Part shown: one piece after another, positions 13,746 to 26,400 of the stretch
Layout of the letters: each line of letters opens with the position of its first letter
Numbering within the stretch: position 1 is the stretch's first letter
NCBI GenBank assembly: GCA_043228905.1
Contig: JBHGNT010000021.1
Location: forward strand, 9,610,001 to 9,674,000
Reading direction: 5' to 3'
Source: Azolla caroliniana
Taxonomy: Eukaryota > Plantae > Polypodiophyta
DNA: 64,000 nt
Notes under the pieces: model-generated
What the model was told of the DNA's origin: nothing
Database searches by the model: none
Seen by the model: only the letters and a program-made list of their open reading frames with translations
Translations under genes and position numbers: made by a program

Positions 13746-13849
13746 AAGTGCTGATACGGAAGGGGGTGCGGGACGAGCCACCCTCTTTTACATGGGGAGA
13801 AAGACCGACCGGGCGAAGGTCGAGAGTTGGAAGGAGAATGAAAGCCGGT

Positions 13850-15420
13850 CCTATGGAGTTCCTTACACCGATCCGGCTGCAAGCCCGAGTGCCGGCGTGA
13901 GTCCGACAAGAGAGATCGGTGGCGACAGGAGAACGGGACTCGACAATCCGGAGAAAGACGAATGAACCCGAGCGAGAACCGGGCGGAGCGGACTCCCGGA
14001 TGACCATTCCGGGAGAGAGGAAGAGAGCAGGCCTACGAAGAGGCCGAGGACAAGGTTTGTCGGTACCACAGGAGAGGGTGCGGAGTAAACCGCCCTCTCG
14101 GCATGCGGAAAGGGACGACCCGGGACAGGGTCGGGAAGACAAATCGGAGGCCTACGGAGGATCCTTCACACCGGTTCTAGAGACTTCAGCAGTCGGCAAC
14201 GCGGTCGACGTAAGACCAAGATACTGACGGTGGCGGCGAGGTGACGAAGGCAAGGGCTACGGATGGGCGGTCTACGGAGGATCCTTCACACCGGTTCTAG
14301 AGACTTCGGCAGTCGGCAACGCGGTCGACGTAAGACCAAGATACTGACGGTGGCGGCGAGGTGACGAAGGCCAAAGGGATCCCCACACTTAACCAGAGAC
14401 TCCGGCAGTTCGGCCAATGTGGCAACATGAGACTGAGAGAGAAGGTTGGTGGCGGCGGGAAACGGGACCCGGCTACGCGGAAGACACGAGGAGAGTCCGA
14501 GAGGGACTCAAACAAAAGACACCCGAATTTCGGCCAGCATAGAAATGGAGTCCGGTCCTATGGGACCCTCACACTGATCCGGAGACCCCGACAGTTCGGC
14601 CAACGTGGCAACGTGAGACCTAGGGAGAAGGACGGTGGCGGCAGGGAATGGGACCCGACAACACGAGGTAGCGAATAGGGAGCCGGTAAGACAGGCGGAC
14701 GAAGTGTGAAACCCTCACCGGCCGGTCACGGTTTCGGAAAGAGCCTGTAGGGGCGAAAACGGGGAGGTGTGTCAGGCCGGAAAGGCACACCTTGGACAGA
14801 ACAAGAGTCTCGCAAGTGGCCATCGCGGGCCGGATCGAAGCGTGACTACGGGACGGTGTTCGGCGCGGGCAAGGCCGATCAAAGGAAGCAGAAGACGGCA
14901 CAAGAAAGGTGCCGGGGACGAGGAGACAAGTGCCTAGTGGACTGCACAGGGTTAGAGTCAGGGGATGGCAAGAGAGGCCGGAGGAGGATCCTCCACACTT
15001 GCTTCGTAGATCTCGGTAGCTCCGTCGAAGTAGCGAAGACTGTCACGGCAAGCCCGGGGTGACAGCTGGTGGGGGCGAGGGGACGACGGCAAGCTGAAGA
15101 CTCAGGACCTATCGCGGCAGCACGAAGACGGGAAGGGCCAAGCGGGCTACTACGGGGTGTTCCCCGGATGCAAAGGACGCCGGTATGCGGGTGAGCGGCG
15201 ATGCACGATCTGGCCGAAAAGGGGGCCGACAAGGAGTGCAACACAGGCGATGCCAAACAACGGATGAGGGTATGTGGCACACGGAGGTGCCGGAGCGGGA
15301 AGGCAAGCGCGGAGAAGACCGAAAAGGGATCCTCCACACCGTTCCGGGGACCATGGCGGTTCGAGCCGACGCGGCGATGTAAGACCATGGAGAAGGAAGG
15401 TGGCGGCGAGAGGACAAGGG
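13850..15420 (+). repeat. Degenerate ~100-120-bp repeats filling the F interior
   Basis: Near-exact 120-bp pair at 14151/14271; diverged GGATCCYYCACAC...GGTGGCGGC copies near 13850, 14378, 14560, 14985 and 15325. Confidence 0.75.
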
Positions 15421-16478
15421 CATACGACGGGAGCGGGACGTTCATACGGCCGAACAAGGGCCAACGGAAGTACGCGTAATACGGAGATCGTGGTAGAGGA
15501 CCCATCGACGGGTCAAACGAGCCTACGGGGAGGTAAGCGCAAAGGAAGAATCGAAGGCGACGGATCAAACCGGCAGCGAGCCGGGATGCGGATCACGGAA
15601 GACCGGTTTCTACCTGGCCGAAATCTCTCACCCTTCAACCGGACTTGGCACATACCGGTGGATGTGCGGTTAGGTGGGGGCGGATGTCGTGAAGAATTTC
15701 GGCCAGAGGCGGAAATCGGGAAACATTGGCTACTTCGGCGGGGCGCAGCGTGTGTACGCACCCATGAACATTTAGTGTGAATAACGAGGGCGCCTTTATG
15801 GCGCCGAAGAGTAGTCAAGTCGGGACAGATGGTCCCATGTAAGTCGGGGTTTATCCCATATTGTAACGCATCCCTGTCCTTGTTCTATAAAAGGAAGGGA
15901 ACACCCTTTGTGAAAGGGTTGCCCATTTTGCATTAGAGGGTACACCGTTAGGTTTAGAGTTAGTTTCTTCTTCTTCTCCCCCTTCATTGTTCACTTAGGG
16001 TTTGCTGCAGCTCATCTCCTGCGCAAGACCCCGCTCGGCGCGACGAGCCCGTGAGCTCCCCGACCGGCGGCTTGGCAGCTGACGACTGTTGTAAGCTATC
16101 TTGGTCCGGCTCGATGCCGGGAATGTATTCTTCTTTTATATATATATATATATATACGTTTGCGTCTGTCTGTGTATATTCGCGTCTTCGTTGGTGTCGG
16201 GTGTTTCCCCCTTTCCTGCGTTTCTTGTACATAAGGGCGTGAGGCGGGTGTGTGTGTGTGTGTGAGTGTGTGCGTGCGTGAGTCGGTGTTAAGCGCTCTC
16301 TCTCTCTCTCTGTCTGTCTGTCTCTCTCTCCCTTCTGTTGCTTCCGGTGTGCTTCTAGGATGCCCCGGAAACGGTGAAGCACGACTTCCTACGCTCCGTC
16401 ACTCCCTAGTCCAAGACCCCCGTGGTCCCGCCTTTCTCCATGCACGCGCGTAACAACACGACAACGTCTAGGTGACGT

Positions 16479-17173
16479 TGTCGCGTGGTGCGTGACACAC
16501 GTGCCAAACATCAAAATGTGCACGTCACAAGGGCAGACAAGCACCGAGCCTCTATCCACTAGTGGTTATGGATGATGGGCGGCCGAAGTGACGCACTAAT
16601 GTGGTTAGAGTGAGTGAGAGAGAGAGAAACAAAATTTGAGGAAGTTTTTAAGATAGATAAGTAGATAGATACACATCATCAATAAGATAACTAAGTATTC
16701 TTATTATTAATTTTCGATTTGATACATAGATTGATTCATAGATTGTTTGATTCATCCATTGATTGATTCCCCCCCATTACACAAGCCTTACGAGGGTTTT
16801 TATAGGTTTATCTATCCTTCTAACATGCACAAAACCATGGGCTTGAACCCATGGTTTTCGGGCACACGGTTTTCCTTGTGGCATGCACAAAACCATAGGC
16901 TAAAACCATGGTTTTGTGTACACGGTTTTGTATGTTTGTTTCCTATGGAATACTAAATATGAGAAGGAAATATATAAAATCTAAAGCACTTAGTAGTAGC
17001 TTTAGTGGTAAGATAATTGCTTCCTATCTTAGAAGTGCAAGGTTCAAATCTTGCTTGCACCCTTCTATATGCACTTGAATGTCATCAGACCCTAGGCTAA
17101 TTTTCATATTTATAATGTGTGTGGAGCCACACTATTTCACAATTTCTCCCATTGGACACAGAACATCACGACA
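16479..17173 (-). repeat. Solo LTR G (TGTCG...CGACA lineage)
   Basis: TGTCGCG...CACGACA; TSD ACGT/ACGC (16475-16478 and 17174-17177); CCTATAAAA on the minus strand near 16800. Confidence 0.82.
16995..17056 (+). promoter_or_regulatory. tRNA-like A/B-box cassette in LTR G, antisense to the LTR
   Basis: TAGCTTTAGTGG-N32-GGTTCAAATCT; stem GCAAG/CTTGC; TATATAAA about 20-25 nt upstream. Confidence 0.68.
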
Positions 17174-17177
17174 ACGC

Positions 17178-20095
17178 CATGACCACTTAGAAGACTTCGA
17201 CGGAAGTGGACTTCCCAGAGCATTTCAAACTCTATGAACAAGAGAATAGGGCAGTGACTTGTAAGAGACCACAACGCACCCCCCAAGGCCTAGGACAAGT
17301 CTACGATGGACCGGCAAGGGTGAAAGAAATCAACCTCGGGAAAGGGACATACTCCAAACCAGTATTCATAGCCACAGATCTCTAACCCAACGAGGAGACA
17401 TCCATGATCACCCTCCTCACGGAATTTAGGGACGTGTTCGCATGGTCGTATGTCGATATGAAGGGAGTCCCAGCGGAGGTTGTCACACATAGTATCCCCA
17501 TGCGAGCCGACGCCCGTCCAATCCGGCAAAGGCCACGCCCAATGAACCCCAACTACGTCCAACAAGTAAAAGCCAAAATCAACAAAATGTTGGCTGTAGG
17601 CATTATCTACCCGATCAAACGAACTACTTGGGTCTCCCTGATTGTAGTCGTCCCGAAGAAAAACAACCAAATCCGCATATGTGTCGACTACCATCAAGTT
17701 AACGAAGCCACTATCAAGGACAACTACCCGGTACCCTACATCGAGCATCTACTCGAAAGAATCGTGGGAGCAGAAGCTTATGGCTTCATTGACGGGTTCT
17801 CTAGGTACAACCAAATCTCGGTGGTCCTTGAGGATCAACAGAAGACAACCTTCGCGACCGAATTTGGTATGTTCGCATATAAACAGATGCCTTTCAGACT
17901 CACGAGTGCCTTGAGCACCCACCAAAGAGCGGCATACCATATCTACGCAGCAAGGTTACGACAAGGGGTGGAGTCTTATGTTGACGACTTATGTTGCCAT
18001 TCGAAATGGCATGACCACCTAGCGCTACTCCGCTTGATGTTCGAAAAATGCAGGACCTATCAACTCTCTCTCTACCCACTCAAGTGTCAGTTCTAGGTCA
18101 AGCACGGATTAATATTAGGGCACGTCGTGTCCCGCCACGGGATCTCGACCGATGAGGCAAAGGTAAAACTCGACCGACGAGAAACAACTACAAGGGTTCA
18201 TGAGATATGCAAGTTACTATAGACTCTTCACTAAGATGTTCGTAGACAAGGCTAGACTGCTCTACACCCTACTAAAGCAGTTCGTGTGGACAGAAGAATG
18301 CACACACTCCTTCAAGCTCTTGAAAGAGTGCCTAACTAAGGCCCCCATCCTTTGGCCCCCAGATTGGACCAAAGAATTCCACGTTCACACCGATGCTTCC
18401 GCCTTCGCGATTAGTGTAGTGCTAGCTCAACCCGGTGAAGGGGCACTCGACCTACCAATCACCTTCGCTAGTCGCCAACTGAACGCCGCGGAACGAAATT
18501 ACTCCACGACGGAATGGGAGGCTTTGGCCATGGTTTATAGCATAAAGAAATTCTGCCACTACCGTTTGGCGTCCCAATTCTCGTTTTTTGTAGATCATCA
18601 AGCCCTACTCTACTTAGTAAACAAAAATCACGCCACCGGACGCATCTCACGATGGATCGTAACGTTACTCGAGTTTGACTTCAAGGTAGTGGTGAGAAAA
18701 GGAAAAGACCATGTACTCGCCGCCGATCATTTCTCCCGGATACCCAACGGAGAAGAAGCCACTGGGGTTGATGATGAAACACCAGATGCAACATTATTCA
18801 TGATCGACACCGTACCAACATGGGCATCAGACATCGTTCGCATCCTTACTAAAGGAGCATCCTTCCTAAAACAACTACCCTAGGCACACACATGTGTCTT
18901 GTTAAAGAAATGTGGCTCCTTCACGATGCTCCGTGGCAACTTGTACCATCGGGGTAACGACGATCTACTTCAGAGGTGTGTAACAGACCACGACGCTGTT
19001 GCCACCCTTGAACAAGCTCATTGCGGGGGTGGAAGCGGTCATTTCAATCACGAGACCACTGCTCGCAAGATCCTCTAGTCCGGCCTATGGTGGACAACAC
19101 TCTTGAAAGACACATATGAGTACGTATGCCGTTGTGGCGAGTGCCAATGTTTCAAACACCCACTAAAAGCGGATTTCAATATGTTAAACTCGGTGGTGGC
19201 ATGGCAACCATTCGAGAAATGGGGTATCGACTTTATTGGCCCAATCAGCCCAGCTTCCAACCTCAACCGATACATAATAACCGCCACCGACTACGCTACC
19301 AAGTGGGTCGAAGCTAAATCTTGCGTTAACGCCGATGCACGTAGTACTGCCAAATTCCTATATGAAAATGTCATAGTACAGTTTGGATGTCCGCTTGAAA
19401 TCATTAGTGACTAAGGCTCGCATTTCCTCAACGAAGTGATAGCACATTTACTAGGCGAATTTATGGTGACATACCGCAAGAGTTCTCCTTATTACCCTTG
19501 AGGCAATGGACAAACGGAAAGCACGAATAAGGTGTTATGTGCAGTGCTCACAAAGATAATCGCCGCCTCACGATCTGATTGGAGCACCAAACTCCAAGTA
19601 GCATTATGGGCTTTCCGTACTTCCTACAAAGTCGCAACTCGCCACACACCATTCAAACTAGTGTACAGGCAAGAAGCAATATTACCCATCGAGTTCCTGG
19701 TCCCCAACCTCAAGATAGCCGTACAAGAACGATGGGACGAGGACCCCCTTCCGTCACGTCTAGAGAACCTAGAACGGCTGACAGAAACTCACCTTCTCGC
19801 ATTCCAAGCACTCTTGGCAGAGAAAGCCAATAGAAAGGTGTGGCACGACAATAAAGTCAAGAACAAAGACCTCGTTGAAGGTGACATGGCCCTCAAATTC
19901 TCCTCTCAACGACATAAGAAGAAGCTTAAGTTACGGGGTGAAGGCCCGTATGTGGTTTCAGAGATCACCAAGATAGGAGCATGTCGCCTACGCACGCTCA
20001 AACGTTTTGACATCCCCGGATTCATCAATGGGAGCAAGCTCAAATGTTACTATGGGCCCCTCACCCTTGAGGCTCTACTCACGGCTCGGCAATGA
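17178..20095 (+). pseudogene. pol: pol of E (RT, RNase H, integrase)
   Basis: IRICVDY, FIDGFSRYNQI, YVDD, FHVHTDAS, WGIDFIGPI, GPYVV; several stops and frameshifts. Confidence 0.93.
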
Positions 20096-20959
20096 GAGGT
20101 AGAAGCCAAACTTAAGGCCTCAGAAGGTCAAATGGCCCGGCTCGAAACCGACCTAAGCAATACGCAAGCGAAATTGAAGCGACAAGGACACACCCATCCG
20201 GCAGCCATGGGTAAGGCTGTCAACTCTAATGAAGGAACAATACAACTATGATGATGCGTCGAGGACATGCCTTTGATGGTGGTAATCGACACAGGAGCAT
20301 CACTAACCCTTTTCTCCTTTGAAACATGGGGACGTCTAGGTTGCCCAGACCTCGAAGTGTGCAACAACAACTTCCGTGGCTTCGATGGTTCCACATCATG
20401 CTGCTTGGGAACTTTCGTGTGTAACATCAAGACAAAATACAATGCGCACTCAATCCAAGTTCGGGTACTCCTGCCCGAAGTGATGTATGCACAATGCCTC
20501 CTCGGTTTAGATTGGTGTCGCATAAGCGAATGTCTCCGATCACCCAGCAAATACATCGTCTCCTTCCAAACAGGAGATGGACTGAAGTCCGAGGACCTCG
20601 TCGCAACAACACTCGAATCACACCTTGTTGACCTCGATGACCCCCAAAGTGTGGAGTTGCCCAAACAAACAACACGCCAACACCCACCGGCCATCCATGA
20701 CCAACGCGACACTAACATTAGAACACGGACACCCAAACCACAGGAATGGGTGAACGTCCGCATAGTTTCGCTAACGGACCACGCTGCAGAGAACGTGCCG
20801 TGTGGCGAGTTAGAAAAATACTCACAACTGCACAAGGTTGGCACAATGGCGCGACTAGCTTCTGGGTCCCGAAACGAAACCGACTCCCCGCTCGCGATCG
20901 GACCACCCCTGCATGGGACTTCGATGAACCCCGAGGCGCGGAGTCGCTCAACCAAATAG
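20096..20959 (+). pseudogene. Coiled coil plus second retropepsin-like protease downstream of integrase
   Basis: Same frame as the integrase ORF; VVIDTGASLTL (DTG 20288-20296), FRGFDGS flap, CLLGLDW. Confidence 0.75.
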
Positions 20960-21210
20960 AATGCCAACACCCATCGGCCATCCAGGACCAACGCGACGCT
21001 AACATCAGAATGCAGACACCCAAACCACGGGAATGGGTGAACGTCCATGCGGTTTTTGCTAACGGACGACGCTGTGGAGAACCTGCCATTTAGCGAATAA
21101 GAAAGACACTCACAATTGCACAAGGTTGGCACAAAGGCGCCACTAGCTTTTGGGTTCCGAAACGAAGCTGGCTCCCAGTCATGATCATACCACACCCGCA
21201 TGGGACACCC
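20675..21210 (+). repeat. 288-bp diverged tandem duplication
   Basis: GCCAACACCCAYCGGCCATCCA at ~20675 and ~20963. Confidence 0.8.
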
Positions 21211-22097
21211 GAAAATCACACACATCAGTTCGATATCCCGCCCAGGTTAAAGCCACAGGAATCAACAAGCCTAAACAACTAAGAGGCCGAATACCCCATA
21301 GAAAGGCTTCACAAATCCTCCCTATCCCCTTAACAAACATGTCGCAGGTGTAGGTCCTTAAACGTCACGGGCTTGGAACCTCACACGATACCCGAGTGAC
21401 ACTCCCCCCACATTCGCCCCCTCAAGGTTTCCCAAAAGCCCTTAATTTCCCCAATCCCTCACCACACCCCCCGTGGACCCCCATTCAACCCCATCGCTCG
21501 CATGCCAACCTTAGCCACCTCACACTTTCTTAATTATTGTCGGCATTCAAATCTTTTTCTTCGATTGCTCCTTGCCCTCACGACCTCACATTCCCTTTGG
21601 TTGTCCTCTCGTTACCTTGGTTTATTTATTATTATTATTATTTTAATAGTATTTTTTTTTTCTTATTTTTAATTATTATTATTATTTTTTAAATTTTTTA
21701 TTTATTTTCTATTTTTATTTTTATTTTCTATTTTCTATTTATTATTTATTTATTATTATTATTTTCTTCTTTCTTCTTCTTTTCTCTACCCCCCCCCTCT
21801 CTCTCTTTTTTTAGCAATCCTTATTCTTCTTTTCCCCTTCCCTCTCGTAATCCCGTTCTCTGCAACACTCTTCTCCCTCCCCCCTCACAACCTTTCTCCC
21901 CTCCACCCCCTCACCCCTCTCTCTGTTCGGCGCCCTTGCACCCCCACCCTCGGCGTTCCTTCTCCTACCCCGTCAGTCGTCTACCCCAGTCGTCACCTCC
22001 TCTCTTGTACACCCTGCTTACCCACACCTCGGGTAGGCCTTCCCTCTTCCCTCTCGTTTCGCCACATGTCTTCCTCACCTACACTTCGCTCCTCTAT

Positions 22098-22480
22098 GGC
22101 GGCCATGGCCACTGCCATGACGCTGCCTCCACTCCTCCTGTCGCGGGCCCATAACAGGCCACACAGCCCCATCATTTTTCGTTCCCCCCCCCCCCTCGTG
22201 GCGGCCATAACCGCTACCACGTCGCTGTCTCCCTTCCTCCTGTCGCCGACCCATAACGGGCCACACAACCCCGTCGTTTTTCGTCCCCCCCCCGTGGCGG
22301 CCATAGTCGCCGCCATGTCGCTAGCTCCCCTCCTCATGTTGTTGGCCGTTAATGGGCCACACGGCCTCGTCGTTTTTCGTTCCCTCCGAGGTGGCCATGA
22401 TGGCAACCCCATCGTTTCCACCCCCCCCCCCCGTTCATGTCACTAGCCATTAACAGACCACTTCGCCTCATCGTTTTGCG
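22098..22480 (+). repeat. ~100-bp degenerate tandem repeats (3-4 units)
   Basis: GGCGGCCAT...GGCCACAC...TTTTCGT(C)n recurring at ~22098, 22200, 22296 and 22390. Confidence 0.75.
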
Positions 22481-22488
22481 TTCCCGCG

Positions 22489-23366
22489 TGTTCGAGAAGC
22501 CTAACCCCTCGAACCACACAATGTTCGAGGAGCCTAACTCCTCGAACCACAGATTGTGGGAGGAGCCTAACTCCTCGAACCACACATTGTTCGAGGAGCC
22601 TAACTCATCAAACCACACATTGTTCGAGGGGCCTAACTTATCGAACCACACATTGTTCGAGGAGCCTAACTCCTCGAACCACACACGTTCCAGGGGCCTA
22701 ACTACTCGAACCACACATTGTTCGAGGGGCCTCACTTCTTGAACCACACACATTCGAGGAGCCTAACTCCTCAAACCACACACATTCGAGGAGCCTAAGC
22801 CCTCGAACCGCACATTGTTCGAGGAGCCTACCTCCTCAAACCTCCTCAAACCACACATGTCCGAGGAGCCCAACTCCTCGACCGCACATTGTTCGAGGGG
22901 CCTCACTCCTCAAACCACACACGTTCAAGGCTCCTAACTCCTCGAACCACACACGTTCGAGGAGCCTAACTCCTCGAACCACACACGTTCGAGGAGCCTA
23001 ACCCCTCGAACCGCACATTGTTCGAGGAGCCTACCTCCTCGAATCACATATGTCCGAGGAGCCCAACTCCTCGATCGTACATTGTTCGAGGAGCCTACCT
23101 CCTCGAACCACACATGCCCGAGGAGCCCAACTCCTCGAACCGCACATTGTCTGAGGAGCCCAACTCCTCGAACCACACATGTTCGAGGGGCCTAACTTCT
23201 CGAACCACACATATTTGAGGAGCCTAACTCCCCGACCCGCACATGTTCGAGGAGCCTAACCCCTCGAACCACACATGTTCAAAGGGCCTAACTCCTCGAA
23301 CCACACATATTTGAGGAGCCTAACTCCCTGACCCGCACATGTTCGAGGAGCCTAACACCTCGAACA
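22489..23366. repeat. Tandem array of 31-33-bp hairpin units (roughly 27)
   Basis: Unit GTTCGAGGAG-CCTAA-CTCCTCGAAC-CACACAT(T); 10-bp inverted stem in each unit. Confidence 0.95.
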
Positions 23367-23470
23367 ATATCCTTCCTGCTACCCTTCTGAACCCAAATTC
23401 CCCCACCCTGCTAATCGGGATTCATCACTGAATTTAACTATACTAATCTTTTCCCCGCAGGTTGCAAACG

Positions 23471-26400
23471 ATGACATCATCTCGATTCAGCAAACTCCTC
23501 CACGCATACTACCCCGATGCGGTTCCTTAGTCATTCCACCGGTGTTCAACAACACCCGATGTACTTAGCCACTCCCCACGGCTGCAACGCAACTCAAGTA
23601 CCTCGAACCCGACGTGTTCGCCACCCTCTCACGACTTTGCATCAAGTTCTTCCTCGGGATCGGGCCGTGGGGCGTCCTACCCGAGCTGGTCAACCGCTTA
23701 CTCACCGGGTACAACCCTGATACGGGCCACATCGATATGCAGGCTTTCACGGATCCCCCCGCCTTCGCATTCCAGTTCACCGTGGCCGACTTTTGCGCTA
23801 CGCTACAGTCACCACTCGATGGCACCCCCTTCCGCACCACGAGGACCCTTGGGGTTGTCCCCGCCATCATTCCTGCCGCCTACGCCGAATATTCTGGACG
23901 CGAAGGTTGGCGTTACATCTAAATCCCTCTCCATCTCCACGACCGTTGTAGTGCAATTGCCCAAATCGGCGACACCACATCTACCGATGCCACCGCCCGT
24001 CTCACCGGCGAGTACCTCAAGTGGGCACATGATTCGCAACCGGTCAAGTGGGCTCATGAGCTTGTCCGCTGGGTCCGAGAATGGCACACACGGCCCAAAT
24101 CGACAGTCAATTTCGTGTGGTTCCTCACCCGCTACTTGTGCGCAAAGTTCAGCATCGGACCCCCCCTGCCCCTCCCTTCATACGCTGCCAGGAACGCTTC
24201 CGCAAGATAACTGTACCAGGCCAACCCAAGCACCTTCGCCTCTCCGAACGCGACTTCTTATGATAGGTACACCAAGGCGAACAGGAACGGCCACCGGCAC
24301 ACAAACAACCCCCGATCACCCACGTGTCAACCGAAGCTAATCTCGACACCCGTGAGGATATCACAAATCGTGTCAAGGAATTCTAGACACACGTGTTCAC
24401 CCTCACCGAAATCCAGGCCTTGTCCACTACCTTCCACTATGTGTCACATCAGAACACAACCACGACCCCGCGTACCTGCAACTGCACAACCGACTCAATC
24501 TTGCGTGACCAACGGAACCCACCAGCCCTGCCTCCCCCCACCTTGCCAACGTCTCTACCTTGAGAACCCTCACCCCCCACCCTGGACGCAACTACCCAGC
24601 CCTTCCTACCCATCACAACCGACGACACCCCGCAACCTCGACCCCATAAACTCACCCGCCACAATGCTCCCAACATCGAAACCCCCGACTAACCATCGCC
24701 CGCACCGAACGTGACGCCATGGTCCACCAAGTCGAAGTCGCCAATGAACGGAACCGATGTATCCTCATCAAACACCGCCACCAGTGCGCCGACCTCGAAA
24801 AGGAAATCCTCCAACTCCGCACGTCCAAAGCCACCCTTGAACACACCCTCAGGCTCGGCATGACGGACCCCTCCACTGTTCAGACATCTCTCCTTACCCC
24901 AACTGGCTCTCCGAATATGATTCAGGCACTCTCGGTATACATGACCTCGACATCCCTGCTCTCCGAACTTTTCACTACACCACGTACACCACGTACCCTC
25001 CTCATCCAAGCCACGTGCGTCCTTTGGTCGTTGGCCGCCACACGTCGCGTATTCTTTGACGACGCCACACCCCTAGACCAACAGACCCTCATCCGAGTAC
25101 TCCCTGAAGACAACCACACCCTTGCCCTCTTCATGTTGTACCAGGAAGCCACCAAAGAACCTTCTCCCCCTGCCGGCGAGCTCTTCCCCCAATATCTCCC
25201 TATTTTGTTCCTTGAAGGTATGGCCTACCTTCACACCGCCCTCACCCCCGACTTAGACATCTTTGACCTGATCTATTTCACCAACCCTTCTGATGTCACG
25301 ATGCAAGTCCCCGAAGACCAGCTAGCCCACCTCTTCACAACACTGGTGCGCTTACACCACATTGCCAACACCCTCACCTGCACCCTGTTGGAGAACACTA
25401 TGACCTCCGTACCCCCTTTCGGTTTCCTTTGGCTAATACGTGCTTGGCAAACCGCCTGGGATGTCGGGCTTCGTACTCACATATTCAGCATCGAATACAC
25501 CGCATTCAACTGGCCCACCAACCTCGAGGCTGATGACATACCAGAATTAGCCCTATACCTGGACGTCTCTCGCGAGTATGAACTCATGAAGTTCGATGAG
25601 GCTCGTGCTCGGGCCCTCCTACCCCCGCACCCCCGCACCACCCTCCACCATCCCTAAACCCTCAGCCTCGGGCCTCGGCAGGACGGACCCCTCCACTGTT
25701 TAGACATCTCTCCTTACCCCAATGGGCCCTCTGAATATGATTCAGGCACTCTCAATGTACGTGACCTCGACATCCCTGCTCTCCGAACTTTTCACTGCAC
25801 CATGTACATCGTGTACCCTCCTCATCCAAGACACGTGCGTCCTTTCGTCCTTGGCCGCCATGCGTCGCGTATTCTTTGACGACGCCACACCCCCAGATCG
25901 ACAGACCTTCATCCGAGTACTCCCTGAAGACAACCACGCCCTTGCCCTCTTCATGTTGTACCAGGAAGCCACCAAAGAACCTTCTCCCCCTGCCAGCGAG
26001 CTCTTCCCCCAGTATCTCCCTATTTTGTTCCTTGAAGGTATGACCTACCTTCACACCGCCCTCACCCCCGACTTAGACATCTTTGACCTGATCTATTTCA
26101 CCAACCCTTCTGATGTCACGATGCAAGTCCCCGAAGACCAGCTAGCCCACCTCTTCACAACACTGGTGCGCTTACACCACATTGCCAACACCCTCACCTG
26201 CACCCTGTTGGAGAACACTATGACCTCCGTAGCCCCTTTCGGTTTCCTTTGGCTAATACGTGCTTGGCAAACCGCCTGGGATGTCGGGCTTCGTACTCAC
26301 ATATTCAGCATCGAATACACCGCATTCAACTGGCCCACCAACCTCGAGGCTGATGACATACCAGAATTAGCCCTATACCTGGACGTCTCTCGCGAGTATC

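Larger units (their letters stand above)
11505..16463 (+). mobile_element. Non-autonomous gag-only LTR element F (TR-GAG-like)
   Basis: Near-identical LTRs 11505-12268 and 15685-16463; TSD ACGT; PBS TGGTGAACCCGACGTGAA 12273-12290; PPT 15672-15684; no pol motifs found. Confidence 0.92.

Noticed and set aside
12194-15818. Many overlapping ORFs in F and antisense ORFs over pol genes (e.g. 20128-21225)
   Set aside because: Shadow frames of GC-rich or coding sequence with no recognisable motifs
21620-21800. AT-rich tract and other microsatellites or homopolymers (e.g. 28921, 44532, 45869)
   Set aside because: Ordinary low-complexity sequence
22489-23366. CRISPR-like palindromic repeat array
   Set aside because: Linkers are 6-8 nt and near-identical rather than unique spacers; no cas genes; lies inside a plant retrotransposon
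25651-25662. Telomere-like CCCTAAACCCT at the triplication joints and near 42420
   Set aside because: Only about 1.5 units, expected by chance in C-rich sequence
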